Assembly: GCA_043827405.1 (NCBI GenBank)
Contig: JBDRPD010000053.1
Location: 32,001 to 96,000 of the forward strand
Length of the DNA stretch: 64,000 bases
Direction: 5' to 3'
DNA from: Elusimicrobiota bacterium
GTDB taxonomy: Bacteria; Elusimicrobiota; Elusimicrobia; UBA1565
Position numbers and translations under genes: made by a program. A model generated the notes under the pieces. The model made no database searches, was not told where the DNA came from, and was given only the letters and a program-made list of their open reading frames with translations. This document shows, in pieces, positions 28,157-37,700 of the stretch (positions within the stretch are counted from its first letter, which is position 1; every line of letters begins with the position of its first letter).

Positions 28157-31154
28157 GCGCTGGGGCCTCCTGGCCTGCGCGCTGCTTCTCTCCCGGCCCG
28201 CCGCCGCTGCCAGCGGACCGCTGCTCGCCGTCTTGGAAGGCCATACCGACCTGGTCCGGCAGGCGGTCTTCACCCCGGACGGCACCCAGGTCCTGTCGAT
28301 CGGCAACGACCATGCGGTGCGCCGATGGGACGCCGCCGCAGGCCGCGAGCTCTCGGCCTTTCTCTCCGCGGACCCTGTGCTGAGGGTATTCGCGCAAGGA
28401 GCGCCGAAATTCGCCGCCTACACCCCGGATTACGCCATCATCATGCGCGATCTGACCTCGGGCAAGCGCCTGGCCGCTCTGCGCCGGCTCAACGACGAAA
28501 CGGAAGCCGTCGCGCTGACCCCGGACGGCCGCACCGCGGCGACGCTCTCCTACGAGGGCGAGGTCATCCTTTGGGATCTCAAGAAGGAACGCCGGCTCGC
28601 GGCGCCGGAAGCCAACGGCTCCGCCATCGCCTTTTCACCGGACGGCGGCAGCCTGCTGGTCGGCAAGCGCGACCATACCCTGCAGCTCTATTCTCTGCCG
28701 GGAGAACCGGCGGCGCCGGCCTGGCGCGGCCACCGCGGCGAGATCCTTGCCGTCGCCTTCTCGCCGGACGGCGGAAAAGCGCTCTCCGGCGCGCGCGACA
28801 ACACCCTCCGCCTCTGGGACGTGAAGACCGGAGCGGCGCTCGGCGTCTGGCGCGGCCATACGAGCCACGTCCTCGCTTTGGCGTTCTCCCCGGACGGGCG
28901 CCGGGCGCTTTCCGGCGGAGCGGACTACACCGTCCGGCTATGGGACGCCGCGGCGGGCCGGGAGCTCGCCGTCTGGTGGGGACACCAGGGAGCGGTCCGC
29001 GACGTGGCTTTCTCTCCCGACGGAAAGCGCGCCGTTTCCGCCGGCGAGGACCGGAGGCTCATGCTGTGGGACGCACGGGACGGCGCGGTGAGCAGCCGGC
29101 CCGGCGCCGGCGAGCAGGCGGCTCTTCCCCCCGGTCCGGGAACGCCCGAAGAACGGCTCGGCCGCCTGCTGTTTTTCGACAAGCGGCTGTCCGGCGACGA
29201 GGACGCCGACTGCGCCTTGTGCCATAACCCCGCCACAGCCTATACCGACGGCCTGCCGCTGGCCGAAAGCTATACCGCGCTCTACTTCCGCAATACGCCG
29301 ACCCTGCTCAATCTCGCGGCGCAAAAGCACCTGTACTGGGACGGCCGCTTCCCGGCCGACGACCTGCCCTCGCTTATCCGCGACCACATATCCGAAGCGC
29401 ATTTCATGAACGCCGACGGCCGCCTGATCGTGGAAAAACTGCGCCAGGCGCCCGGCTACGTGCACGCCTTCAAGGAAGTCTACGGCGGCGAGCCGTCTTA
29501 CTCCAGGATTCTTGCAGCTCTCAGCGCCTTCGTCCGGTCGCTGAAATCCGGCGCCCCGGCGGACGTTCTGACGCCCGCGGCGCGGCGCGGCCGGGACCTG
29601 TTCAACGGCGAGGCCGGCTGCGCCGGCTGTCACGCCGGCTCCGGCTTCACCGACGGCAAGCTGCACGCCCGCAAGGCTCCGCCCAATAAAGAAATTCTCC
29701 GGGAACCGCTGCGCCGCATCGCCCTGCGGCGTTTTTGCAAGGTCCTGGGCATCGAGAACTATGCCGAGGTACGCGAGGACCCGGGTCTCTACGCCGTCAC
29801 CAAGCGCCGGGAGGATAGCGGCAAGTTCAAAACGCCCGGCCTGCGGGAAGTCGCCCGCACCGCTCCCTACATGCACAACGGCTCGATCCGCAAGCTGGCA
29901 GACGCGGTCAAGCATGAAAATCCCCGGCTCAGCCGGCGCGAGCGAAAGGACATCGTCGCTTTTCTCGAAACGCTGTCCAGCGAGACGCCGCGATTTGATC
30001 CGCCGCTCGTGCCGCGCTACGCGGTCCAACCCCGGGACCTCCCCCCCGCGGCGGGAGCGGACTCGACCTGGGACGACGCCCCGGCGCCCGCACCCATCCG
30101 GGCCCGGGACTACCCGCCGCTTGGCCCGCTCCCGCCGGTCCCGGTCCCGGAGGACAACCCGCTCACCGACGAGAAAGTCCGGCTGGGAAAGCAGCTGTTT
30201 TTCGACGTGCGCCTGTCCGGCTCCCTGAGCCGTTCCTGCGCCTTCTGCCATGAGCCGGCGCTGGGCTGGGGAGACGGCAGCGACCTCTCGCAGGGCTACC
30301 GCCGGATGCTGCACTGGCGCAACTCCCAGACGCTGTTAAACGCCGCCTATTACAGCAAGCTGGAATGGGACGGCGCCTGGCCGAGCCTGGAGGAGCAGGC
30401 GCGCGGAGCGATCACCTCAAACATCAACGGCAACGGCGACCCGGCCACGATCGAGGAGCGCTTGGCCGAATCGCCGGAGTATGTGCGGATGTTCAAGCGG
30501 GCTTTCGGCGTGCAGCGGCCGAACTTCGAGAGCGTACTCAAGGCGCTCGCCTCCTTCCAGCGGGCGATCCCGATCTCGCGCAACGTCCCGTTCGATCAAG
30601 GAGCCCTCTCTCCCGCCGCGCGGCGCGGCCGCGAGCTGTTTGCCGGCAAGGCGGGCTGCATCGCCTGCCATAATGGACCGCTGGCCTCCGATCAGGGCTA
30701 CCATGCCACCGGCGTCCCGCGCAATCCGGCATTTGATCACATCGCCCTGCGCCGGATCGCCCTGCGCTTCCAGCATGTGACCCGGGGAGTTCCTGAGGAG
30801 GTGTTCCGGCGCGCCGAAACGGATCCGGGGCTGTATCTAAATACGCTGCGCAAGGAAGATAGCGGGAAGTTCCGGACCCCGAGCCTGCGTGAGCTCAAGT
30901 ATACCGCGCCCTATATGCATAACGGCGTATTCCCGACCCTGCAGAAAGTAATAGACTTTTACGACCAGGGCGGCGGAACGGCGGACAATAAAAGCCCGCT
31001 GCTCAGATCGCTGGGGCTGACCGCGGCGGAGAAGCTGGACCTGATCGCCTTTCTGGAAGCGCTCTCGGGCGAGGAAATCATGGTCACCGCGCCGGACGCG
31101 CTGGGACCGCACATAACGGCGACGGGACGCGCCGCGGATACGCCGCACCATTAA
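28146..31154 (+). CDS. Secreted WD40 + tetrahaem double CCP fusion, copy 10
   Basis: ATG at 28146 (MRIERWGLLACALLLSRPAAAA) overlaps the copy 9 stop. CALCH/CAGCH/CAFCH/CIACH. Confidence 0.9.
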   Translation: MRIERWGLLACALLLSRPAAAASGPLLAVLEGHTDLVRQAVFTPDGTQVLSIGNDHAVRRWDAAAGRELSAFLSADPVLRVFAQGAPKFAAYTPDYAIIMRDLTSGKRLAALRRLNDETEAVALTPDGRTAATLSYEGEVILWDLKKERRLAAPEANGSAIAFSPDGGSLLVGKRDHTLQLYSLPGEPAAPAWRGHRGEILAVAFSPDGGKALSGARDNTLRLWDVKTGAALGVWRGHTSHVLALAFSPDGRRALSGGADYTVRLWDAAAGRELAVWWGHQGAVRDVAFSPDGKRAVSAGEDRRLMLWDARDGAVSSRPGAGEQAALPPGPGTPEERLGRLLFFDKRLSGDEDADCALCHNPATAYTDGLPLAESYTALYFRNTPTLLNLAAQKHLYWDGRFPADDLPSLIRDHISEAHFMNADGRLIVEKLRQAPGYVHAFKEVYGGEPSYSRILAALSAFVRSLKSGAPADVLTPAARRGRDLFNGEAGCAGCHAGSGFTDGKLHARKAPPNKEILREPLRRIALRRFCKVLGIENYAEVREDPGLYAVTKRREDSGKFKTPGLREVARTAPYMHNGSIRKLADAVKHENPRLSRRERKDIVAFLETLSSETPRFDPPLVPRYAVQPRDLPPAAGADSTWDDAPAPAPIRARDYPPLGPLPPVPVPEDNPLTDEKVRLGKQLFFDVRLSGSLSRSCAFCHEPALGWGDGSDLSQGYRRMLHWRNSQTLLNAAYYSKLEWDGAWPSLEEQARGAITSNINGNGDPATIEERLAESPEYVRMFKRAFGVQRPNFESVLKALASFQRAIPISRNVPFDQGALSPAARRGRELFAGKAGCIACHNGPLASDQGYHATGVPRNPAFDHIALRRIALRFQHVTRGVPEEVFRRAETDPGLYLNTLRKEDSGKFRTPSLRELKYTAPYMHNGVFPTLQKVIDFYDQGGGTADNKSPLLRSLGLTAAEKLDLIAFLEALSGEEIMVTAPDALGPHITATGRAADTPHH

Positions 31155-31158
31155 AACT

Positions 31159-31356
31159 ATGACCGAGAAAAAGCACAAGCCGCTGGGACACCGCCTCAAG
31201 GAGAACCTGGAGGTCCTGAAGGAAATATACGCCCTGATCAAGCTGCATAAGCGCTGGGCGCTTCTGCCCGTCTTTCTCGTCCTGGCCGTGCTCAGCCTGT
31301 TTATCACTTTGGCGGGCGGCAGCTCCGTCCTCCCGGCGATCTACGCGCTGTTCTAA
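31159..31356 (+). CDS. Small membrane protein, DUF5989/SxtK-like
   Basis: 65 aa. KRWALLP followed by a hydrophobic stretch and GGSSVLPAIYALF resembles the KKWWLLP...GSAVAPFIYTLF family pattern (from recall). Confidence 0.7.
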   Translation: MTEKKHKPLGHRLKENLEVLKEIYALIKLHKRWALLPVFLVLAVLSLFITLAGGSSVLPAIYALF

Positions 31357-32330
31357 TGGTCCGGCTCCTGCTTTTTGCCGCGGCCGCTTTCGCTTTCGCC
31401 GCCGAAACAGACAGCGCCCTAATACGATCCTTCGCCGGCCACCGGGACCTCGTTAACAGCGTCGCCGTGTCGCATGATGGACGGAGGATGGCATCCGGCA
31501 GCGCCGACCTCACCATCCGGCTGTGGGACATCGCGACCGGCAAGCAGCTATCGCTGTGGAAAGGGCATACGGTCGAAGTGAACATGGTCGTTTTCTTCCC
31601 CGACGACAAGAAGCTGCTGTCCGCCGGCGCCGACAACAACATCTACCTGTGGGACGCCGCGACGGGAAAAAATCTCGCGATCTGGCACGGCCATACCGAC
31701 GACGTCAATGCTATCGCCGTCTCACCCGACGGCACCAAAGCGCTTTCCGGCGGCCACGACGGCTACGTGCGGCTATGGGACACGGCGACCGGGAAACTGC
31801 TCGCCTCCTGGCTGGTCGACAACTTCGTCTACGCCGTCGCCTTCTCTCCCGACGGCAGCAAAGCGCTTTCCGGACAATGGGACAAGACGCTCAAGCTGTG
31901 GGACGTCGCGACCGGGAAGCTCCTCGCCACCTGGAGGGGCCATACCGACAAGGTCTACGCCGTCGACTTTACTCCCGACGGGAAAACCGCGCTGTCGAGC
32001 AGCAAGGACAAGACCGCGCGGGTATGGGATGTCGCCAGCGGCCGGACGCTGCATATCCTCCGGCAGCCGCGCGGCATCGACGCCGCGGCCTTCTCCCCCG
32101 ACGGCAGCAGGATACTGACCGGCAACCGGGACTGGACGCTGACGCTCTGGGACACGGCCAGCGGAAAAGAGCTGCGCGCGTTCCACGGCCACCAAGACTA
32201 CATCTACAGCGTCGCCTTTCTTCCCGACGGCCGCCGCGCCGTTACCGCCAGCGTCGACCGGACCATCAAGCTGTGGGACCTCGATGCGGCGTTCGTGAAG
32301 ACGGATAAAGAAACGAACGGCTATCGCTGA
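31356..32330 (+). CDS. Stand-alone secreted 7-repeat WD40 protein
   Basis: TAATG overlap. Signal MVRLLLFAAAAFAFA, then seven WD repeats of the same style as the array (e.g. SGQWDKTLKLWD). No haem motifs. Confidence 0.9.
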   Translation: MVRLLLFAAAAFAFAAETDSALIRSFAGHRDLVNSVAVSHDGRRMASGSADLTIRLWDIATGKQLSLWKGHTVEVNMVVFFPDDKKLLSAGADNNIYLWDAATGKNLAIWHGHTDDVNAIAVSPDGTKALSGGHDGYVRLWDTATGKLLASWLVDNFVYAVAFSPDGSKALSGQWDKTLKLWDVATGKLLATWRGHTDKVYAVDFTPDGKTALSSSKDKTARVWDVASGRTLHILRQPRGIDAAAFSPDGSRILTGNRDWTLTLWDTASGKELRAFHGHQDYIYSVAFLPDGRRAVTASVDRTIKLWDLDAAFVKTDKETNGYR

Positions 32331-33703
32331 GCGGCCAGCTCCGCGTAGACGTTATCCGCCAGCACCCGGTTCCCGGCCGGCGTCAGGTGGTCGTTGTCCT
32401 CGAGGTAGTCGCCGCGCCCCGCACGCTCGATCAAAGCGCCGAATACGGCGCGGTTGTCGATCAGCGGCAGCTTATGCTTCTCGGCGATCCGCTGGATGGC
32501 CGTATTGGCGCTCTGGTACGCCACCGGATAGTTCTGCAGCACCAGGCGCACGCCTTTCTCCCGGCATAGCCGCACCATCTCATCCCAGCTCTCCATACGC
32601 AGACGGTTCACGTAGCGCTCGACTTCCTCGCGGTCGGTGAGCAGCTTATGGAAGCTGCGGAAGTCCTTATTCTCTCCCAGCCCCGGATGCTCGCGCCGCG
32701 AGCGATCCAGCACCCGCAGGACGTCCGCCGCCGTGTACCGGCTCTGCACCTGATAGGTCTGGACGAACTGGAAGTTCGCGCCGTCGAAGGCGTCGGTCCA
32801 AAAGCCGGCGGGAAACGCCCCGGCGATCTCCAGCAGCAGCGCGAAATAATCGTCGTAGCGCGACTGCCGGGTATAAACGCGGCCCGCATAGTCGGCCAGC
32901 AGCTCCATAAAGTCGCCGGCGCGGCGCAGGTCCAGCTCATAGCGCCGCGCCTCCGCTCCGAAGACGGGCCGCAGCCGCGCCGTCAGCTCCGGCGCCAGGG
33001 CGCGCTGAGGATCGCCGGCCATGAGCTTCCGGTGCTCGCGATAAACGCCCAGCAGCAATGCGAACTTTTCGTCCGAGTTTGGCTCCGTCTTCCCGCCCGC
33101 CCGCCGATGCCGCCACCGCAGCCGCAGGTGGCGGAAGACTTTGTAGATGCGCAGGCGGTAAAGCCAGCCGGCGGGCAGAACGTCGTGCCACCGCCCCCCT
33201 TCCTCACGCATTCGCTCCCGCATCAGGGGCAGATTGAAGATATCCGCGGCGCCCACGAGAACGACGACGGCATCCGGCGGCCGCTGCGCGCCCTCGGTTT
33301 CAAGGTAGCGCTTGAGCTTGGCGGCCGCGCCGAAGGTGCTCTCCTCGCACTTCCCCATATTATAGACCGCGGCCGGCATTCCGGCGTCGATGAACCGCCG
33401 GTACAGGAAATACGGAAAGCTGTGGTAGCTTTTGACGTTGGTGCCGTTGGTGAGCGAATCGCCGAAGGCGAGGATCAGCCGCGTCCGGCCGTTCGGCGGG
33501 CGGTAACGCTCGAACGTGTCGTCGGCGTCGTGCTCCCCCTCATCATAGGGCGGCAAAAACTCCCGCTGCCGCGAGGCGGTGAGAGCGAAACCGGTCGCCC
33601 GCAGACCCGCTTCCAGCAGCGCCAGGCAGATGAGCAGGCTGACCAGAAATACGGTCAGCTTGACGCCGGGCGAATGTTTGTATTTATTTAGGAATCTCTT
33701 CAC
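32321..33703 (-). CDS. Membrane-anchored SGNH/GDSL hydrolase, paralogue 1
   Basis: N-terminal TM ending LEAGLR, block I FGDSLTNG, block V DNDHLTPAGN. Confidence 0.85.
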   Translation of the reverse strand: MKRFLNKYKHSPGVKLTVFLVSLLICLALLEAGLRATGFALTASRQREFLPPYDEGEHDADDTFERYRPPNGRTRLILAFGDSLTNGTNVKSYHSFPYFLYRRFIDAGMPAAVYNMGKCEESTFGAAAKLKRYLETEGAQRPPDAVVVLVGAADIFNLPLMRERMREEGGRWHDVLPAGWLYRLRIYKVFRHLRLRWRHRRAGGKTEPNSDEKFALLLGVYREHRKLMAGDPQRALAPELTARLRPVFGAEARRYELDLRRAGDFMELLADYAGRVYTRQSRYDDYFALLLEIAGAFPAGFWTDAFDGANFQFVQTYQVQSRYTAADVLRVLDRSRREHPGLGENKDFRSFHKLLTDREEVERYVNRLRMESWDEMVRLCREKGVRLVLQNYPVAYQSANTAIQRIAEKHKLPLIDNRAVFGALIERAGRGDYLEDNDHLTPAGNRVLADNVYAELAAQR

Positions 33704-33724
33704 GGGCGACAGAGTCTGAAGCGG

Positions 33725-33754
33725 CGGTGTTTTTGTATTGTAGTATAAACACCG
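33725..33754. promoter_or_regulatory. 8-bp inverted repeat around an AT-rich core in a divergent intergenic region
   Basis: CGGTGTTT-N14-AAACACCG encloses TACAAT (minus strand) and TAGTAT (plus strand) -10-like hexamers. Confidence 0.4.
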
Positions 33755-33759
33755 ACGCC

Positions 33760-34680
33760 ATGCCTGAAGCCTGGGAAGCCGAATGCCTGCTGGACGCGGA
33801 CAAAGTCCGCCGGCTCCTCGACGCCCAGCTCCCCGACCTGAAAGACGCCCCCGTCGCCTACTTCAACGAAGGCTGGGACACCTGGATCTACGAGGTCGGC
33901 GGGAAATATCTGTTCCGCTTCCCCAAGCGCGAGTCCGCCGACGGCACTTTGCGCATGGAGCTGCGCCTCCTGCCCGAGCTCGAGGAGGCGGTGCCGCTGC
34001 CTATCCCGTCGTTCGAGTTTATGGGCCGGCCGTCGAAGCCCTATCCCTTTCACTTCGCCGGCTACGAGAAGATGCCGGGAATCACCGGCTTCGATGCCAA
34101 AGCCGCGCCGCCGGAGCCCGCGAAGATCGCGCGCCAGCTCGGCGGCTTTCTCACGCGGCTGCACTCTTTTTCGCGCGCGGCCGCGAAGAAGCTCGGGGTG
34201 CCGATCGATGAGAATCTCGGCGCCCTGCCGCTCATCCAAAAGGACGCCCTGGGACGCCTCGACGCGGTGCGCGGGATCCTGCCGCGCAAGTTCTTTCAGC
34301 CGCTGAAAAAGGTCCTGAGCCGGGACACCGCCCTCCTCGGCGGCCCCGCGGGCCCGTCGCGGCTGATCCACAACGATCTCTGCAGCGAGCATATCCTCCT
34401 CGCTGCGGACCGGCGGCGCGTCACCGGCATCATCGACTGGGGCGACGCGGAGTTCGGCGACCCGGCCATGGACTTCGCCGGCCTGCTGCAGTGGCTCGGC
34501 CCCGAGTTCATGGGAAGCGTGCTCGACGCCTACAAGCTGGACATCGACGCCGACCTCCGGGAGCGGGCGCGCTTTCTCGCCTGCAGCGAGGGCGTCCAGG
34601 ATATGCACTACGGGATGGACACCGGCCGCAAAGAGTTCGCCCTGGCGGGCGCCGCGGCGGCGCGCAACGCCTTGAAATAG
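33760..34680 (+). CDS. Aminoglycoside phosphotransferase/choline kinase-like (APH) family protein
   Basis: EGWD, LFRFPK, LIHNDLCSEHIL (Brenner-type motif) and GIIDWGDAEFGDPAMD. Confidence 0.85.
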   Translation: MPEAWEAECLLDADKVRRLLDAQLPDLKDAPVAYFNEGWDTWIYEVGGKYLFRFPKRESADGTLRMELRLLPELEEAVPLPIPSFEFMGRPSKPYPFHFAGYEKMPGITGFDAKAAPPEPAKIARQLGGFLTRLHSFSRAAAKKLGVPIDENLGALPLIQKDALGRLDAVRGILPRKFFQPLKKVLSRDTALLGGPAGPSRLIHNDLCSEHILLAADRRRVTGIIDWGDAEFGDPAMDFAGLLQWLGPEFMGSVLDAYKLDIDADLRERARFLACSEGVQDMHYGMDTGRKEFALAGAAAARNALK

Positions 34681-34735
34681 TCGCCGAGGCTGTTTTGTAC
34701 AATGGGCTGCGCCCCGCCAGGGGGCGGAGGTCCAC

Positions 34736-37700
34736 ATGACAGCACCCCAACTCGTTCGCGTCGCATGCGCCATCGCCATCACCCTCGCACCCGCCGCCGC
34801 GTTCGCGAATCCGGGCGACGGCTCCTACGAGCTCACGGCGCAGATCAGCAAGACCGCTTTCAAAGTAACGGGAAAGAAGTGGTATGCGAAGACCCTCCAG
34901 TTTTCGGCCGACGGCGGCATCCTGATCGCCTCCGGCGCCAACTCGGAAGACAACGTTTTCCGCTTTTGGGACGTCGCGTCGGGGAAGCTCGTGGCCGAGA
35001 TTCCCGAGATGCAGAACGACAGCAAGCTGGCGGTCACGCCCGACGGCCAGTTCCTAGTGCTGCGCTCGCCGACGACGCTCGTGCTCGCCCGCGCGGCCAC
35101 CGGCAAGATCATCCAACGGGTCGTCATCGATCCCAAGGCGTGGTCCCTTTCCACCACCCGGCTCGCCCTAACCAAGGACGGCGGCACCGTCGCGACGCAG
35201 CACGGCGCGAAGGTCAGATCGTGGGATGTCGCATCCGGCAAGGAACGCAAGCCGCTCGCCGCCGCCAGCGGCAAAAAGGACAGCGAGGTGACGGCGCTGG
35301 CCTTCACGCCGGACGGCGGCACTTTGATCGGCGGCATCAACGATGACGACCGGCTGCACTTCTGGGACATGCGGACGCGGAAACTGCGCCTGGCCGCGCC
35401 CGAGCCGTGCGCGCTCCACGTGACGCAGATGGCCGTCAGCGCCGACGGTGCGCGGCTGATCACCGTAAACCTCAAAGGCCTGCTCTGCGCATGGGATCCG
35501 CGGACGCTGGCCATGGAAGGAGTGCTGACGCGGGACGTCCGCGTCGAGAGACCGCTATTGATGTCCCCGGACGGAAACACCTTGCTCTATTTCGACGCCA
35601 ACCATGCGTTCACGCTTTGGGATATCGAAAAGGAGCGAAAGAAGGCTTCTTTTGCCACCTCGTACGGCACGAACTTCGCCGTGTCGTCCGACTGGAAAAC
35701 CGCCGCCGTAATAGGCCCCATCGGCGACAAGAGCGTCCGCGTCTTCGATGTCGCCTCCGGAGCGCTGCGCGGAGTCTTCAGCTCGGAGCCCGAGACGATC
35801 GATTTCACACTCGACGGCAAGACCCTGATAACCGGCGGCTACACCTCGAACCTTTGGGAGGTATCCACGGGCCGCCGGCGCGAGTTCTCAAGCGGCAACT
35901 CCTACTACTCGCTGGCCATCGCTCCGGACGGCAAATCGTTCGCGGCCTGCGAGCTTTACGGGACCGCCCATTTCTACGGCATCACCGCCGCCCCGACCCC
36001 GCAGGTCCCCGCGCCGACAGCCCCCGCCCTTCTCAGCGCCGAGCACGCTTTCAGCGAGCCGTCCGGCGACGGCGTTCTCGCGGCGGGCGAAAGCGGCACT
36101 CTGCGCGTGACCCTCCGCAACACGGGACGGGGCGCCGCCCATGCCGTCCGTGTAATACCGCGCCTGGAACCCTTCGCCCCCGGGATTCAGCTCTCGCCGG
36201 AGATCGTGCTGCAGACTCTCCCGCCGGCGGCGACCGCCGCGCTCGACATCGTGGTCCGCGCCACGCCCGAACTCGCATCCGGCGAGGCGAAGATCGTCGT
36301 GTCCGTGACCGAAGGCAACGGCTTCGACGCCCCCCCGTTCGCGGCGGCCGTCAAGACGCGGGGCTTCGCTCCCCCCCGCCTGGGCATCGCCGGCGTCAGC
36401 CTCGCCGGCGGCGGCAGCGTCAAGAAGCTGGCCACCAACCGCGTCGCCGTCACCATCCGGAATTCCGGAGAAGGCCCGGCGCAGGGCGTTCGCGCCGCGC
36501 TGGCGGTCGCCGATCCCAACATCTTCCTCGAATCCAAAGAGCCGGTCGCGCTCGGGGACCTGGAGCCGGGCGGCTCCAAGGAGGCGGAGTTCGGCTTCTT
36601 TATCAACAACCGCTACAGCGGAGCCAAAGAGCTTCCGATCACGGTCGGCATCGAAGAGGCGGCGGGCAAGTACGGGGTGAAGCCCGTTTCCCTGCGCCTC
36701 GCCTTGGATGAGCCGGCGCCCGACTGGTCGCGCGCCGCCGCGGCATCCGGCGCAGAGTTCAAGCTCAAGCGCATGACTCTTCTGCGCGGCGACGATGAGC
36801 TGCGCTACCCGGTCAGCTCGCGCGACGGCAAGTGGGCGGCGGCCGGCAGCGGCGGCGGCTCGATCCTCGTATGGGACACGGCGACCGGCGAGCGCCGGGC
36901 GGCGCTGAAGATCAAGCTCGGCAAGCATTCGGAGCTCAAGCCCCAGGCTTTCACGCCGGACGGGGACGGCCTGTACGCGATCGCGGACAACAACGTCTAC
37001 CTCCTGGACCTGGTCAATGAGCGCAGCCGGCCGTTCTGGAGCGGAACCCGCACCCGCTACGAGACGCGGGAGACCGGCAGCGCCTTCCAGCCGATCGCGA
37101 CATTTTCCTACAACTTACTTGAAGCCGCGGCGCTCTCGCCCGACGGGCGAATGCTGGCGCTGGGCGGCTGCTACGAGAAAGACGAGGAATCGATCCTGCT
37201 CGACGTCGAGACCAAGGCCGAACGCGTGCTGCCCAGCGGCAGCGGCTGCGTGCGGCACGCCGTTTTCTCCCCGAAAGGGCGCCACCTCGCGCTCGGCCGC
37301 GAAAGCGGCGGCATGGTCGAAGTATGGGATCCCGCCGCCGCCAAGCGCGTCAGCTCCTGGACGACCGGCAAGGACGCCGCGCGCGCTTTGGCCTTTTCCC
37401 CCGACGGGCAAACCCTGGCGACCAGCTTCGGCGAAAAAGACATCGCGCTGTGGGACCCGGCTACGGGCGCCCGCAAGGGCGTGCTCAAAGGAGACGGCTA
37501 TGCCATCGGTCATCTGGCCTATTCCCCGGACGGCAGCTGGCTCGTTTCCACCTCCTACAACAATATGACGATATGGGATGCGCCCGCCTCCGCGCCCAAG
37601 GAAAAGCTCTCCACCGGCTATTACCGCGCCTTCACCTTCCTGCCGGACGGCACCTTGGCCGCGGCCAACGCGAAATCGCTGATCCTATACAGCCTCTACG

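Noticed and set aside
2..31154. Array as an assembly artefact
   Set aside because: Copies differ extensively in signal peptides, linkers, indels and synonymous sites, and have distinct coupled junctions.
2..31154. Methylamine utilisation (mauG) locus
   Set aside because: No mauA, mauD or mauE was seen, and the modules resemble the Mo-enzyme-linked peroxidase more than MauG.
1..32330. Recurring TTCTCGCCGGACGG-like motif at about 126-bp spacing as a CRISPR or non-coding repeat
   Set aside because: It is the FSPDG codon string of WD40 repeats inside open frames. It is degenerate, and there are no cas genes.
2..32330. Diversity-generating retroelement or NACHT-WD40 immune receptors as the explanation
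   Set aside because: No reverse transcriptase, template/variable repeat pair or NTPase domain was seen, and the proteins have export signals.
31159..33703. Saxitoxin biosynthesis cluster
   Set aside because: Only SxtK-like and GDSL-like genes are present. No sxtA, sxtG or sxtI is in the window, and these families are widespread.
33760..34680. Aminoglycoside resistance gene
   Set aside because: The APH-fold motifs are generic, there is no mobile context, and the substrate cannot be assigned.
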